Of a stretch of 64,000 nt of DNA, positions 9,510 to 20,273 are shown one piece after another. How positions within the stretch are numbered: the first letter of the stretch is position 1; every line of letters begins with the position of its first letter. The stretch comes from Spirochaetaceae bacterium. GTDB taxonomy: Bacteria > Spirochaetota > Spirochaetia > DSM-2461. Location of the stretch: positions 1,216,001-1,280,000 of the forward strand of contig OZ245056.1 in NCBI GenBank assembly GCA_965224705.1. Direction: 5' to 3'. Made by a program: the position numbers and the translations under genes. Under the pieces are notes generated by a model. The model was not told the DNA's origin. It saw nothing but the letters and a program-made list of their open reading frames with translations, and did no database searches.

Positions 9510-10550
9510 ATGAAAAAGATCGCAGCAATGCTTCTGGTATTAATCGTTATCGGCGGATTCGTATTCGCAGGCGGACAGCAGGAGAGTTCTGCCCAAAGTG
9601 ATGATCAGCTTGAAATCGTAATGGTTGTCAAACTTGAAGGTGTCGCCTGGTTTGACAATATGAGACTCGGTATTGAAAGATTCAATGACGAGCATCCCGA
9701 TGTAAACTGCTATCAGATTGGTGCTGATACAGCTGACCCGGCTGCTCAGGTTGCACTCGTAAACGATCTTGTAGCCAAGGGTGTGGATGCAATTCTCGTA
9801 GTTCCCAATGATCCCGAATCACTTGTTCCCGTTTTCAAGAAAGCCAATGATGCAGGAATCCTCACTTTCACTCATGAGGCTTCAAACCAGAAACAGATCA
9901 GCTTTGATGTTGAGGCTTTCGACAATGAAGCTTACGGACGCCATATGGCCGATGTAATGGCTGAGTGGATGGGCGAAGAAGGAGTCTGGCAGCCGTTCGT
10001 AGGACACCTTACTTCTCCTACTCATAATCAGTGGGTTGACGGCGAAATTGCACAGGTTAGCGATAAGTATCCCAATCTCAAGATGGCTACCGACAGAGTT
10101 GAAGATCAGGAAAACCAGCAGATTGCCTATGAGAAATCACTTGAACTCCTGAAAACATATCCTGAAATCAAGGCTCTTATGGGCTCGGCTATGAGTACCG
10201 CTCCCGGTGCCGCCGCTGCAATCGAAGAAAAAGGACTTATCGGAAAAGTTGCCGCATTCGGTACATGTCTGCCATCTGTAGCGGGCGACTACCTCGAATC
10301 CGGTGCCGCACAGTCGATCCACTTCTGGGTTCCCGCAGATGCAGGTTATGTAACGGCAATGGCTGCCTACAAAACCCTTAAGGGAGAAGAAATCACCGAC
10401 GGTACTGATATGGGTGCTCCCGGATACGAAAGCATTATCGTCAAAAAGAACGAACACGGACACCCGGTTATCTACGGACAGGCATGGGTTGATGTAGACA
10501 AGGACAACCTCGACGACTGGAAAGATGCGAGCGGAAAGTATAAGCTTTAA
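9510..10550 (+). CDS. Sugar ABC transporter substrate-binding protein (LsrB/RhaS-like)
   Basis: Signal peptide; VVKLEGVAWF, GVDAILVVPND, FWVPADAGY; heads a CUT2 operon. Confidence 0.9.
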   Translation: MKKIAAMLLVLIVIGGFVFAGGQQESSAQSDDQLEIVMVVKLEGVAWFDNMRLGIERFNDEHPDVNCYQIGADTADPAAQVALVNDLVAKGVDAILVVPNDPESLVPVFKKANDAGILTFTHEASNQKQISFDVEAFDNEAYGRHMADVMAEWMGEEGVWQPFVGHLTSPTHNQWVDGEIAQVSDKYPNLKMATDRVEDQENQQIAYEKSLELLKTYPEIKALMGSAMSTAPGAAAAIEEKGLIGKVAAFGTCLPSVAGDYLESGAAQSIHFWVPADAGYVTAMAAYKTLKGEEITDGTDMGAPGYESIIVKKNEHGHPVIYGQAWVDVDKDNLDDWKDASGKYKL

Positions 10551-10567
10551 ACAAAGCTGATCTTGCG

Positions 10568-10599
10568 GGAAGGAAGGTCCACCCTTCCTTCCTTTTTTT
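10568..10599 (+). terminator. Intrinsic terminator-like hairpin between binding-protein and ATPase genes
   Basis: GGAAGGAAGG-tccac-CCTTCCTTCC followed by T7. Confidence 0.75.
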
Positions 10600-10625
10600 A
10601 ACTACCCATTTCTACAGGAGACGAT

Positions 10626-12152
10626 ATGGCTGAGGTATTCCTGGAAGCTAGAGGTGTAAGTAAGGCATTCGTCGGGGTCAAAGCTCTTGATAATGTTGAT
10701 CTTACCATAGGAAGGGGGGAAATCCACTGCCTCATAGGTGAAAACGGTTCCGGAAAATCCACCCTGATTAAAATCATCGGCGGAGTATATAAAGCCGACA
10801 GCGGCAGTGTGAAGATAGAAGGAAAAGAGCTTCATGAGCACGGAATACAGGCCATAGAATCGATACGTGCCGGCGTCCAGATTATTTATCAAGATCTTTC
10901 CCTGTTTCCGAATTTGACCGTTGCAGAGAATATTTCAATTAACCAGATGCTCGAGAGTAATCAGCAGACTGTAAACTGGAAAACAATTCATCAAGAGGCA
11001 AAGAAAGCTCTTGATGAAATCGGGGAAGAAATCAATCTAAATGAACGGGTAGAAAACCTGTCTATGGCGAAAAAGCAGATTATCGCCATTTCAAGAGCCC
11101 TTACGCAGAATGCGAAATTAATCATAATGGATGAAGCTACTTCCGCTATTACAAAGGAAGAAGTTGATTATCTTTTCTCAATAATAATGAAGTTGAAAGA
11201 ACGGGGGATATCAATCCTGTTCGTCAGTCACAAACTGAGCGAGGTTTTCGAGATCTCGGAGAACATCACTGTCTTGAAGGACGGCAAACAGATAGGTGTA
11301 TATCCTACATCTGATCTCGATAACGACAAGCTTGTTTATCTGATGACCGGACGTGAACTTGAGTCTTCTCCATACATATACAATAAGAAAGTGAAGAATG
11401 AAACCCTTTTGCTGGAGGTTGAAAATCTCAACAAGGAAAGACAGTTTCATAATATTAGCTTCACTCTTGAAAAAGGCGAAATTCTCGGAATTACAGGACT
11501 TATCGGGTCGGGGCGCACCGAGGTTGCTCAGGCACTTTTTGGTCTGAACAGGCCCGACAGCGGAACGATAAGGATGCACGGTGAAATTTTCGACGTCAGG
11601 AGTCCGGAAGATGCAATTAAGCATGGAATCGCCCTGCTGCCAGAAGAGCGGCATGGCCAGGGGCTTTTTGATGAACAGCCTATAGGCAGTAATATCGTCA
11701 TTACGATTTTAAAAACACTTCTTGCTAAGTTCGGCCTTCTGAGTCCCAGGAAACGGAAAGAGTCGGGCGATAACTGGATAGAAAAGCTTGAAATTAAAAC
11801 CCCAAGCAGTGAGAATCCGGTGAACAGTTTATCAGGCGGAAATCAGCAGAGGGTAGTTCTTGCCAAATGGCTTGCCACCAATCCTGATGTATTTATTCTC
11901 GACGGACCGACGATCGGTATTGATATCGGATCGAAGCATACGATTCATGAAATTATTCGCGATCTTGCTGAGAAGGGGATGGGAATAATCATGATTTCTG
12001 ATGAAATTCAGGAAATTCTCGACAACTGTAACCGTGTTCTGCTGATGTCGAACGGCAGGATAATCAAAGAAGTTGATGATTCTACAACTACCACTGCAGA
12101 GGAACTGTTTGATATTGTGGCGAGATCATATGAAGAGGAGTTGGGCGCATGA
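10626..12152 (+). CDS. Sugar ABC transporter ATP-binding protein (two ABC domains)
   Basis: GENGSGKST, LSGGNQQRV. Confidence 0.95.
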   Translation: MAEVFLEARGVSKAFVGVKALDNVDLTIGRGEIHCLIGENGSGKSTLIKIIGGVYKADSGSVKIEGKELHEHGIQAIESIRAGVQIIYQDLSLFPNLTVAENISINQMLESNQQTVNWKTIHQEAKKALDEIGEEINLNERVENLSMAKKQIIAISRALTQNAKLIIMDEATSAITKEEVDYLFSIIMKLKERGISILFVSHKLSEVFEISENITVLKDGKQIGVYPTSDLDNDKLVYLMTGRELESSPYIYNKKVKNETLLLEVENLNKERQFHNISFTLEKGEILGITGLIGSGRTEVAQALFGLNRPDSGTIRMHGEIFDVRSPEDAIKHGIALLPEERHGQGLFDEQPIGSNIVITILKTLLAKFGLLSPRKRKESGDNWIEKLEIKTPSSENPVNSLSGGNQQRVVLAKWLATNPDVFILDGPTIGIDIGSKHTIHEIIRDLAEKGMGIIMISDEIQEILDNCNRVLLMSNGRIIKEVDDSTTTTAEELFDIVARSYEEELGA

Positions 12153-13156
12153 ATATCACATCTCTGATGAAAAAGAACGAGACCTATCTTCTTCTGGTAG
12201 TAATAGTGTTTTCTATCGTGATCACTACTATTAATCCGGTATTTATGACCTGGGAAAATATGTTTGATCTGTTGCGCAGCAGTTCGGGGACGGCAATACT
12301 TGCAATAGGAGTTTTTGTCGTACTTCTTTCGGGCGGTATAGATGTCTCGTGTACGACGATTGCTATTTGCGGTCAATACATCGCAATTAACCTGCTTATT
12401 GCAAGCGGCGTCGATAATATAGCCGTTGCTTTTCTGATTTCGATTGCCGTCGGGCTTGCCCTGGGAGCAATAAATGCTGTGTTCATATCGGTTTTCAATC
12501 TTCCGACCTTGATTACGACTTTAGGTACCAGCAGTCTTTTTCACGGAACACTTCTCGAGTGGGTCGGAACGAAAGCCGTCAATGTGGGAAATATCCCGGG
12601 CAGTATTAAAACCTTTGGGAAGATGAATATTTTAACGTTTTCAAGGCCCGACGGAACCGAGTACGGATTATCGGTTTTTTTTATGATTCTTGTTGTCGCC
12701 GTGCTGCTGACCTGGTTTCTTCTAAAATATACGATGATCGGCCGCGGCATTTATGCAATCGGCGGTAATCGTGAGGCTGCGAAGAGAACAGGTTACAATA
12801 TAAGAAAAATTCAATTCTTCACATACATGTACGCCGGTCTGCTGGCGGGGGTTATGGGCGTAATGCATCTGTCGTTGATACGCTACAGCAATCCGACCTA
12901 TATCGTAGGGTCCGAACTGGGCGTTATTGCCGCTGTTGTTCTCGGAGGAACCAGAATAAGCGGCGGAACGGGAACGATAACCGGAACCCTTATCGGTGTT
13001 GCGTTGATTACCATCCTTGAAAAGAACCTTGTGCTGATCGGTCTGTCATCATACTGGCAGAAGTTTTTCATTGGTTTGATCATAATAATCGGTGTATCGA
13101 TAACCTACGCCCAGAATAAGATTAATGAGCGCAGAGGCGTATCTGTCAGTACCTGA
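12149..13156 (+). CDS. Sugar ABC transporter permease
   Basis: GGIDVS, GRGIYAIGGN, IAAVVLGG. Confidence 0.95.
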   Translation: MNITSLMKKNETYLLLVVIVFSIVITTINPVFMTWENMFDLLRSSSGTAILAIGVFVVLLSGGIDVSCTTIAICGQYIAINLLIASGVDNIAVAFLISIAVGLALGAINAVFISVFNLPTLITTLGTSSLFHGTLLEWVGTKAVNVGNIPGSIKTFGKMNILTFSRPDGTEYGLSVFFMILVVAVLLTWFLLKYTMIGRGIYAIGGNREAAKRTGYNIRKIQFFTYMYAGLLAGVMGVMHLSLIRYSNPTYIVGSELGVIAAVVLGGTRISGGTGTITGTLIGVALITILEKNLVLIGLSSYWQKFFIGLIIIIGVSITYAQNKINERRGVSVST

Positions 13157-13158
13157 CA

Positions 13159-14190
13159 GTGGAGGTCAAAGTGAAAATAAAGATTAAACACACAAAGAAC
13201 TTTACACTTTTTATAATAATGGCCGCAATTTTTATTGTACTGTCTATTGCGATGCCGAGTAAATTTTTGACCGGGATCAATCTGCAGTCGATGGCATCTC
13301 AGTTCCCGGAATTCGGACTGCTTGCGCTTGCGATGATGATGGCTATGATAACGGGTGGGATTGATCTTTCGGTAGTATCAATCTCGAATTTTACCGGAGT
13401 AATTGCAGCGCTGATTCTTGCCGGTTCGGTGGAAACTTCAACTCCGGTAGGGGCTGCCGTCCTGTTTGCGGTGCTTGCAGCCGCCGGAATATCAATTCTA
13501 TGCGGTCTGATTAATGGATTACTAATTGCAATGATAGGCGTGCCCCCGATTCTGGCTACGCTGGGTACACAGGGATTGTTTATAGGACTTGCGATTGTGA
13601 TAACCGGTGGCCACAGCATCATCGGATTTCCGGTTGAATTTATGAGTCTCGGCAGCGGAACGGTGTTTGGGCTTCCCGTACCGTTTATAATCTTTGCTGC
13701 AATCGCTTTTCTTGTCAGTGTTCTTTTGAATCGAACGCGTCAGGGATTCAATATGTATATGCTTGGATCTAACCCTACTGTTGCAAAATTCTCGGGTGTG
13801 AACAATACTAAGGTTCTCATCAATACATATATTCTGACGGCTGTTCTCGCCGGTCTGGCCTCGCTGATAATGATCTCAAGGGCCAACTCTATGAGACCCG
13901 GCTACGGAACAGCCTATCTTCTGCAGGCAATACTTGTAGCTGTTCTCGGCGGAACCGATCCCGACGGCGGTTTTGGAAATGTAAAGGGGTTGATAATGGG
14001 CATTGTTATACTCCAGATAACACAGAGCGGGCTCAACATTATGTCTTTCAGCCCGTTTTTCAGGAAATTTATCTGGGGATTTGCGCTGCTTGCAATAATG
14101 GTAATCAATTTCGTGCTGCACAAACACAATGAGCACAAGCGTATTATGGAAATGAACGAAATGAAAACTGCGGCACAGGCTGCAGGATAG
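13159..14190 (+). CDS. Sugar ABC transporter permease
   Basis: GGIDLSV, PPILATLGT, AVLGG. Confidence 0.95.
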   Translation: MEVKVKIKIKHTKNFTLFIIMAAIFIVLSIAMPSKFLTGINLQSMASQFPEFGLLALAMMMAMITGGIDLSVVSISNFTGVIAALILAGSVETSTPVGAAVLFAVLAAAGISILCGLINGLLIAMIGVPPILATLGTQGLFIGLAIVITGGHSIIGFPVEFMSLGSGTVFGLPVPFIIFAAIAFLVSVLLNRTRQGFNMYMLGSNPTVAKFSGVNNTKVLINTYILTAVLAGLASLIMISRANSMRPGYGTAYLLQAILVAVLGGTDPDGGFGNVKGLIMGIVILQITQSGLNIMSFSPFFRKFIWGFALLAIMVINFVLHKHNEHKRIMEMNEMKTAAQAAG

Positions 14191-14202
14191 AGGAGAATTG
14201 AA

Positions 14203-15102
14203 ATGGCAAAGAAGATTGCAGTAATGGGTGCCGGTATTATTGCTACCGGTGTCGGTAAAACTCTGCTCGATAACGGATACAACTTAAACTGCTATAACAG
14301 AACGGAAGCAAATGCCGCTGAGCTTGTTAATGCAGGTGCGGTATACTACGATTCTCCTGCGGCAGCCGCAGAAGGAACGGATTTCGTTATCAGCGCCGTC
14401 TGGAATAAGGATGCTTTTGATCACGTAATGCTCGGTGAGAACGGACTCTATATGAATGCGGCTGAAGGGCAGATTTATATAGATATGAGCACTCAACTGC
14501 CTGAAACAGCTGCAGAGGCGGCGGCTGTATTCGCAGAGAAGAATGCCGGTTTTCTTGATGCGCCGATTCACGGTTCTAAGGCGGAAGCGAATGCCGGGGG
14601 ACTCTGGGTTATGGTCGGAGGAGAAAAGGATACATATGAGAAAGCTCTGGAAATACTGCAGGTGATCGGCGAAACTGTTCATTATATGGGCGGACACGGA
14701 AAAGGGTACGCTTCAAAACTGTGTGGAAATCATCTTGTATCGACTGTGGTCGCTGCTGTTTGCGAGTCAATAGTACTTGCCTCTAAAGCCGGTATTGATC
14801 CGGTGGAAATAGTTAAAGTATGGCAGGAATCGGATTTCAGATCACCGGTTGTGGGTGGTGTCGGCAGTTCTGTAATCAGCAGAGACTTTGATGTCTCTTT
14901 TCATCTGAGAACTATGGTTAAAGATACCGAATTGATAAGAAATTTTTCCGAATCGTTGGATGTACCTGTATTTCTTTCGAATATTGTGCACGAAGTGAAC
15001 AAAGTTGGTTTGAATATGGGTTTCGGCGACGAAAACGCTTCAGCCGTTGTTAAGGTTTTTGAATATATGGCATCAACTGTGGTGTCCGGAAACAATAATT
15101 AA
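14203..15102 (+). CDS. beta-hydroxyacid dehydrogenase family NAD(P)-dependent oxidoreductase
   Basis: YNRT, IDMST, FLDAPIHG, KLCGN, VKD motifs. Confidence 0.9.
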   Translation: MAKKIAVMGAGIIATGVGKTLLDNGYNLNCYNRTEANAAELVNAGAVYYDSPAAAAEGTDFVISAVWNKDAFDHVMLGENGLYMNAAEGQIYIDMSTQLPETAAEAAAVFAEKNAGFLDAPIHGSKAEANAGGLWVMVGGEKDTYEKALEILQVIGETVHYMGGHGKGYASKLCGNHLVSTVVAAVCESIVLASKAGIDPVEIVKVWQESDFRSPVVGGVGSSVISRDFDVSFHLRTMVKDTELIRNFSESLDVPVFLSNIVHEVNKVGLNMGFGDENASAVVKVFEYMASTVVSGNNN

Positions 15103-15107
15103 AGGAG

Positions 15108-16118
15108 ATGAAAATGAAGAAATTTTTGAACAAGCCTGAAAATTTTGTTGATGAGATGATTGAAGGAATCATGGCGGCTCATCCCGATAAATTGAAATAT
15201 GTGAATGACGATTTACGCTGCGTCTGTACCGCAACCGGCAAGGACGGCAAAGTCGGTATTGCTACTGGCGGCGGTTCCGGACATCTTCCGCTGTTTCTGG
15301 GCTATGTCGGAGACGGCATGCTCGACGGGTGCTCGGTCGGGGGAGTATTTCAGTCTCCTTCAGCCGAGCAGATGTTTGAGGTAACCAGGGAGATAGACAA
15401 GGGTGCGGGTGTTCTGTATATCTACGGCAACTACGGCGGCGACATCATGAATTTCGATATGGCCGTGGAAATGGCGGACATGGAAGATATCAAAGTTCTT
15501 CAGGTGGTAGCAGGCGAAGACGTTGCATCTTCAAAAAAGGGTGAAGAACACAAACGGCGCGGTGTTGCAGGCATTTTTTTTGTTTACAAGATTGCCGGTG
15601 CAGCTGCAGACGATATGAAATCTCTTGAAGAAGTAAAAGCTGTCGCCGACAGGGTCTGCTCTAATGTAAGAACCATGGGTGTTGCGCTCAGTCCCTGTAT
15701 TGTTCCCGATGTAGGTAAGCCGTCGTTCGAGATAGCTGAAGGAGAAATGGAAATCGGGATGGGCATTCACGGAGAACCCGGGATTGAGAAAGGCCCTCTC
15801 AAGCCGGCTGATGATGTTGTTGAAACAATGCTGAATGCCATTCTTGAAGATCTTCCGTATGAGAACGGTGATGAGGTGGCGGTTTTAATGAATGGACTCG
15901 GCGCTACTCCGAAAGAAGAGCTGTATGTTATGTATCGCAAGGTCGGAATGATGCTGAAAAATAAAGGTATTTCGGTTTTTCATGTTTACGTCGGCGAATT
16001 CGCTACTTCAATGGAGATGGCGGGTACATCGATATCATTACTGAAACTTGATGATGAGCTAAAAAAATATCTTTCGAAACCTGCATATACTCCGTTTTTC
16101 GAGCAGGTTCAGCTTTAA
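15108..16118 (+). CDS. dhaK: Dihydroxyacetone/ketose kinase K subunit
   Basis: GGGSGHLP, NYGGD, EIGMGIHGEPG. Confidence 0.9.
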   Translation: MKMKKFLNKPENFVDEMIEGIMAAHPDKLKYVNDDLRCVCTATGKDGKVGIATGGGSGHLPLFLGYVGDGMLDGCSVGGVFQSPSAEQMFEVTREIDKGAGVLYIYGNYGGDIMNFDMAVEMADMEDIKVLQVVAGEDVASSKKGEEHKRRGVAGIFFVYKIAGAAADDMKSLEEVKAVADRVCSNVRTMGVALSPCIVPDVGKPSFEIAEGEMEIGMGIHGEPGIEKGPLKPADDVVETMLNAILEDLPYENGDEVAVLMNGLGATPKEELYVMYRKVGMMLKNKGISVFHVYVGEFATSMEMAGTSISLLKLDDELKKYLSKPAYTPFFEQVQL

Positions 16119-16133
16119 GATCAGGGAAACGGG

Positions 16134-16772
16134 ATGGATAAACTGTTATTGAGCGACATAAAAGGTTTTCTTGCGAAGATAAGCGCTATTGTTGCCGAGA
16201 ACAAGAATTATTTGATTGAATTGGACGGCAAAATGGGTGATGGCGATCTCGGTCTTACTATGTCCGCAGTGTTCACAGCTCTCGCCGAGTTTGCCGGAAG
16301 TTATTCCGAGGATGATATCGGCGGTATGTTAATGAAAGGCGGAATGGCTATGTCGAAAGCCGCCCCGTCCACAATGGGCACCCTGATGGCTACAGGATTC
16401 ATGCGCGGAGGGAAGGTTTTAAAAGGCAGCGCTGAACTCGGTATCGCTGATATTGCCGCATTCTGGACGGCTTTCGTGAAAGGGCTGATGGACCGAGGCA
16501 AATCAAAACCCGGCGACAAGACGATTGTCGATTCTCTGTATCCTGCAGCTGAATCCTTCGAGGCATCGGCTGAAGCCGGTGAGGATATTGCGGCGGCGGC
16601 GGCTAAAGCCAGGGCTGCAGCCGAGCAGGGGCGGGATGCCACCGTCGGTATGATAGCCCAGCACGGTCGGGCGGCTTATTATCAGGAGAAGTCGAAGGAA
16701 CTGCTGGACCCCGGTGCTGTTATGGGTGCAATACTTATAGGGTCCTTCGCAGATTATTTGTCGGAGTTGTAA
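16134..16772 (+). CDS. dhaL: Dihydroxyacetone/ketose kinase L subunit
   Basis: LDGKMGDGDLG, GDKTIVD, GRAAY, DPGA. Confidence 0.9.
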   Translation: MDKLLLSDIKGFLAKISAIVAENKNYLIELDGKMGDGDLGLTMSAVFTALAEFAGSYSEDDIGGMLMKGGMAMSKAAPSTMGTLMATGFMRGGKVLKGSAELGIADIAAFWTAFVKGLMDRGKSKPGDKTIVDSLYPAAESFEASAEAGEDIAAAAAKARAAAEQGRDATVGMIAQHGRAAYYQEKSKELLDPGAVMGAILIGSFADYLSEL

Positions 16773-16781
16773 AATCAAGCC

Positions 16782-18278
16782 TTACAGAAGATGCCGGGTC
16801 GATTCAAAGAGTTCCCGATATTTTTTATACCTCGCTTCATAGAAGCTGAATAATGTTTTATTCGGAATAACCTCATCGGTAATGCGTACCCATTTTCCGG
16901 CTTCGCTCGAATCTTTGAAGTGTCCGGTTCCGACTGCCGCAAGAAATGCATCTCCGTAGCAGGCGCCGAGGGTTATATCGGGAATAAACTGGCTGATGCC
17001 GGTGATATCGCTGATGACCTGCATTAGCGATTTGCTTTCAGCAGCTCCTCCGATAGCGATTATGCGTTTTGCCTCCACTCCCTGGGATTTCATTTCTTCG
17101 ATATTGTGTTTGATTCCGTAGCCTATTGATTCCTGAAGAGCGCGAAAAATGTCTCCGGGTTTTGCTTGCAGGCTTAAACCAAAAATGACGCCTTTTGCCT
17201 CGGGTGCGTTGAGCGGTGTACGCTCTCCAGCAAAATACGGCAGGATAATGATGCCGCCCGCACCAGGTCTGGATTCGGCGGCAAGTTCTTCCCATTCAGC
17301 AATTGTTCGACCGGGAAAGGTTTCTATGAACCATTTAAACAGGGAGCCTACAGTGGACATCCCTCCGGTCAGGACTGAACTGCCTTCGTCAATGAAGTTA
17401 GATGCCCAGAATGATTTCAGCGGCGTCAGCGTCTCCGTACGCATGATGAAGAAGTTGCTGCTGCCGTACATCATCATCATATCGCCGGGATAGCAGACTC
17501 CCGCACCTACGGCCTCTGAGCAAGCATCGGCGGTACCTGTTATAACCGGGGTGCCTTCGACAAGCCCCGTCTGTTCCGAGGCGGTCGATGTGATTTCGCC
17601 AGCTATATCACTGCTCCAGAGTAATTCCGGAAGACGGTTGAGGTTAAGCAACCGTTTTTCCGGTGTGCCGTTGAATGTGCCGTTCCAGCATTTTTTTCGG
17701 ATATCGAACAGTGGAGCATAGCTCATTGCATTGTATATGTCGAGGGTGTAACGGCCGGTTAGCCTGTAGACGATGTACCCGGTTGCGGTCAAAAACATAG
17801 AGGTTTTATTCCATATTTCAGGTTCATACTTCCGTATCCAGTGGATTTTCGGGATGCAGGCCTGTGACGACAGTTCCTGCCCCGTCATTTGAAACAGCTG
17901 TTCTTTTCCGATAAGTTCCTCGATTTCTATGATTTCCTCGGATGCGCGGGTATCAATGCCGTACATGATTCCGGCCCGCAAAGGTTGGCCAGCTTCGTCT
18001 ACCGGCAGTACGCAGGGGGCGATTGTGCTGACGCAGACTGCTTTTATATACTCTGCCGACAGGCTGTGCTTTGTCTTCAGTTCATCAATTAGTTTTCTGC
18101 TGAGGGTTGAAAAATCTCCCCACCAAACCGCATCGGCATCCATTTCGTAAAAACCGGGCTGTGGCATTTCCATTCTATGCGGGACTGAGGCTTCTACAAG
18201 AATTGCACCTTCGGTATCGGTGATGACTCCCTTTGATGAACCCGTTCCTATATCAATTCCAAGAAAACAATCCGTCAT
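16782..18278 (-). CDS. FGGY-family carbohydrate kinase
   Basis: LGIDIGTGSSKG, LPYFAGERTP. Confidence 0.92.
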   Translation of the reverse strand: MTDCFLGIDIGTGSSKGVITDTEGAILVEASVPHRMEMPQPGFYEMDADAVWWGDFSTLSRKLIDELKTKHSLSAEYIKAVCVSTIAPCVLPVDEAGQPLRAGIMYGIDTRASEEIIEIEELIGKEQLFQMTGQELSSQACIPKIHWIRKYEPEIWNKTSMFLTATGYIVYRLTGRYTLDIYNAMSYAPLFDIRKKCWNGTFNGTPEKRLLNLNRLPELLWSSDIAGEITSTASEQTGLVEGTPVITGTADACSEAVGAGVCYPGDMMMMYGSSNFFIMRTETLTPLKSFWASNFIDEGSSVLTGGMSTVGSLFKWFIETFPGRTIAEWEELAAESRPGAGGIIILPYFAGERTPLNAPEAKGVIFGLSLQAKPGDIFRALQESIGYGIKHNIEEMKSQGVEAKRIIAIGGAAESKSLMQVISDITGISQFIPDITLGACYGDAFLAAVGTGHFKDSSEAGKWVRITDEVIPNKTLFSFYEARYKKYRELFESTRHLL

Positions 18279-18288
18279 ACAAACTCCG

Positions 18289-19356
18289 TCACAATAGTAT
18301 CTTCCCGTTTTCGACTATCGTCCTTCCGTCTAGATAAACAGCACCTTCACTTCTGATATCCTTGACGATATCCCAGTGAATGGCGGATTTGTTCAGTCCG
18401 CCGCATTCCGGATATGCGCGTCCGAGTGCAATGTGGATTGTTCCGAAAATCTTCTCGTCGAGCAGAATATCGTTGCAGAATCGGTTAATCGAATGATTTG
18501 TTCCGATTGCGAATTCACCTATGAGTGAAGATCCTGGATCTCTGGATACTATAGAATTTAGAAACTCGCACTCAGTTGACGATGAGGCATCAGTTAGTCT
18601 GCCGTTCTCCCAGGTCAGCTCCAGTTCATGCATCAGTCTGCCGCTGAGCACTCCGGGATTCTCGAAAAAGATACTGCCGTTGATCGTCGGGCAGACAGGG
18701 GCAGTTGCGATCTCGCCGTCAGGGAGATTGTTTGTTCCGGCAAAAGTTATCCATTTCCGGCCATTAATTGAGAACTGCAGGTCTGTGTTCTTTCCGGTGA
18801 TTTTGATGGTACGGCCTTGTTCGAGTTTGCGGCACCAACCGTCCCATTTGATCGATTCGGATTCCCAGTCGATGAAGCATGCATCAAAGAACATATCGAG
18901 CAGCACTTCATTAGAGGTCCGGGCCTGTTGTGCAAACGCTTCATTCGGCACTCTGATTAGACACCACCTTGTATTTTCCCAACGGGCGGATGATACTACT
19001 CCCATCGCATTTTGGTTTGCTGCCAATTTCTCTGCGGGAATGTCCTGAAGTTCATAAAGATTATGGGCGCCTCGCAGACCGATATATACATCGGCCCACT
19101 CCATTCCGTACATTTCAATTTCAGGTACCCAGGTAATTTGTTGATCATTTCCGTATTCCAGAACGCATCGCCGGAGGGTTTCCGATTTGAGTTGAATCTG
19201 GGGGTAGGCGCCAGCTTTGACTGCTGCTTCGTATACAGCATGCGCAAGCGGCCATGTTTCAATCTCAATCATTGCAATCATTACTCGCTCGCCGGGCTGA
19301 ACTTTCGTGGAATAGTTAATAAGTATCTCGCCCAAACGTTTCCATCTCTTGTCCAT
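18289..19356 (-). CDS. M29 (thermophilic metalloprotease/aminopeptidase) family protein
   Basis: NLPDGEI, GEFAIG, LLDEKIFGTIHIALGRAY, SAIHWD. Confidence 0.85.
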   Translation of the reverse strand: MDKRWKRLGEILINYSTKVQPGERVMIAMIEIETWPLAHAVYEAAVKAGAYPQIQLKSETLRRCVLEYGNDQQITWVPEIEMYGMEWADVYIGLRGAHNLYELQDIPAEKLAANQNAMGVVSSARWENTRWCLIRVPNEAFAQQARTSNEVLLDMFFDACFIDWESESIKWDGWCRKLEQGRTIKITGKNTDLQFSINGRKWITFAGTNNLPDGEIATAPVCPTINGSIFFENPGVLSGRLMHELELTWENGRLTDASSSTECEFLNSIVSRDPGSSLIGEFAIGTNHSINRFCNDILLDEKIFGTIHIALGRAYPECGGLNKSAIHWDIVKDIRSEGAVYLDGRTIVENGKILL

Positions 19357-19377
19357 TATCTCCCCTGCGCAGATTTC

Positions 19378-20181
19378 TTATCTGATGGATTTTACCTTAT
19401 CCATGAAGTCCTTCACACGCTTTTCATCTACTTCGTTATAAAAATCGCCGTTTCGTTTGAAGGTTGTGGCTGTTACGGTTCCGTCTGCTATTGAAAGCTG
19501 CTCTTCAACATTGGAAAGCCGTACCCCTGTGTTTGCAAATACCGGAGTGTCAGGGATCGCATCTTTGACTTTTTTCAGAGTAGATGCGTCCGTTTCGGCA
19601 CCGGCGGTGAGGCCTGAAACGCAGATGGCATCGGGCAGATGATTGAAAACTGTTGATCGTGCAACATCGGCGATGTCGCGATCTGCAAGATATTGCGCCG
19701 CCTCCGGAACAATATTGAACATGAGCTTTATGTTTTCTCCGCCGATTTCATACTGATGGCGAATGACCTCTCCGCAGTTAGTGTTCCAGAGGCCGAAATC
19801 GCTTGCGTAGACCCCGGAAAAGATTTCCCTTACAAACAGACCGTCTACGGCAACCGCAAGGTCTATAGACGCTTTCGGGTCCCATAGAACATTGACTCCG
19901 TAAGGGATCCTAATTTCCTGTTTCAGTTCGCCGATGATTCTAGCCATGGTTGTGTATGTTATCGGTTCAACTTCGGTAAGATACGGCAGGCTGAATTCGT
20001 TTGAGAACATCACCCCGTCTACGCCCCCATTCTGCAATGCATGCAAATCCGTCCGTGCTTTTTCAATTACCCAGTCGATTCCCTTTTCCTTATTCCAGCC
20101 CGGATCTCCGGGAAGCGCCTGCAAGTGACACATGGCAATTACCGGTTTATTTACATTAAATACCTCGTTGAGCCAATTCAT
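19378..20181 (-). CDS. BtpA/SgcQ-family protein
   Basis: HLQALPGDP, FSNEFSLPY, GVNVLWD. Confidence 0.9.
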   Translation of the reverse strand: MNWLNEVFNVNKPVIAMCHLQALPGDPGWNKEKGIDWVIEKARTDLHALQNGGVDGVMFSNEFSLPYLTEVEPITYTTMARIIGELKQEIRIPYGVNVLWDPKASIDLAVAVDGLFVREIFSGVYASDFGLWNTNCGEVIRHQYEIGGENIKLMFNIVPEAAQYLADRDIADVARSTVFNHLPDAICVSGLTAGAETDASTLKKVKDAIPDTPVFANTGVRLSNVEEQLSIADGTVTATTFKRNGDFYNEVDEKRVKDFMDKVKSIR

Positions 20182-20273
20182 ATCTCTTCCTCGTGTACCG
20201 GCTGTTTCAATTATTATATGAGCTAATTCAAAAACTCTCTATAGGTATCAATTAGAAAAGGAATATTGCTACC

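Noticed and set aside
9510..10550. AI-2 quorum-sensing (lsr) operon
   Set aside because: The binding protein is LsrB-like, but lsrR/lsrF/lsrG are absent and neighbours point to sugar catabolism.
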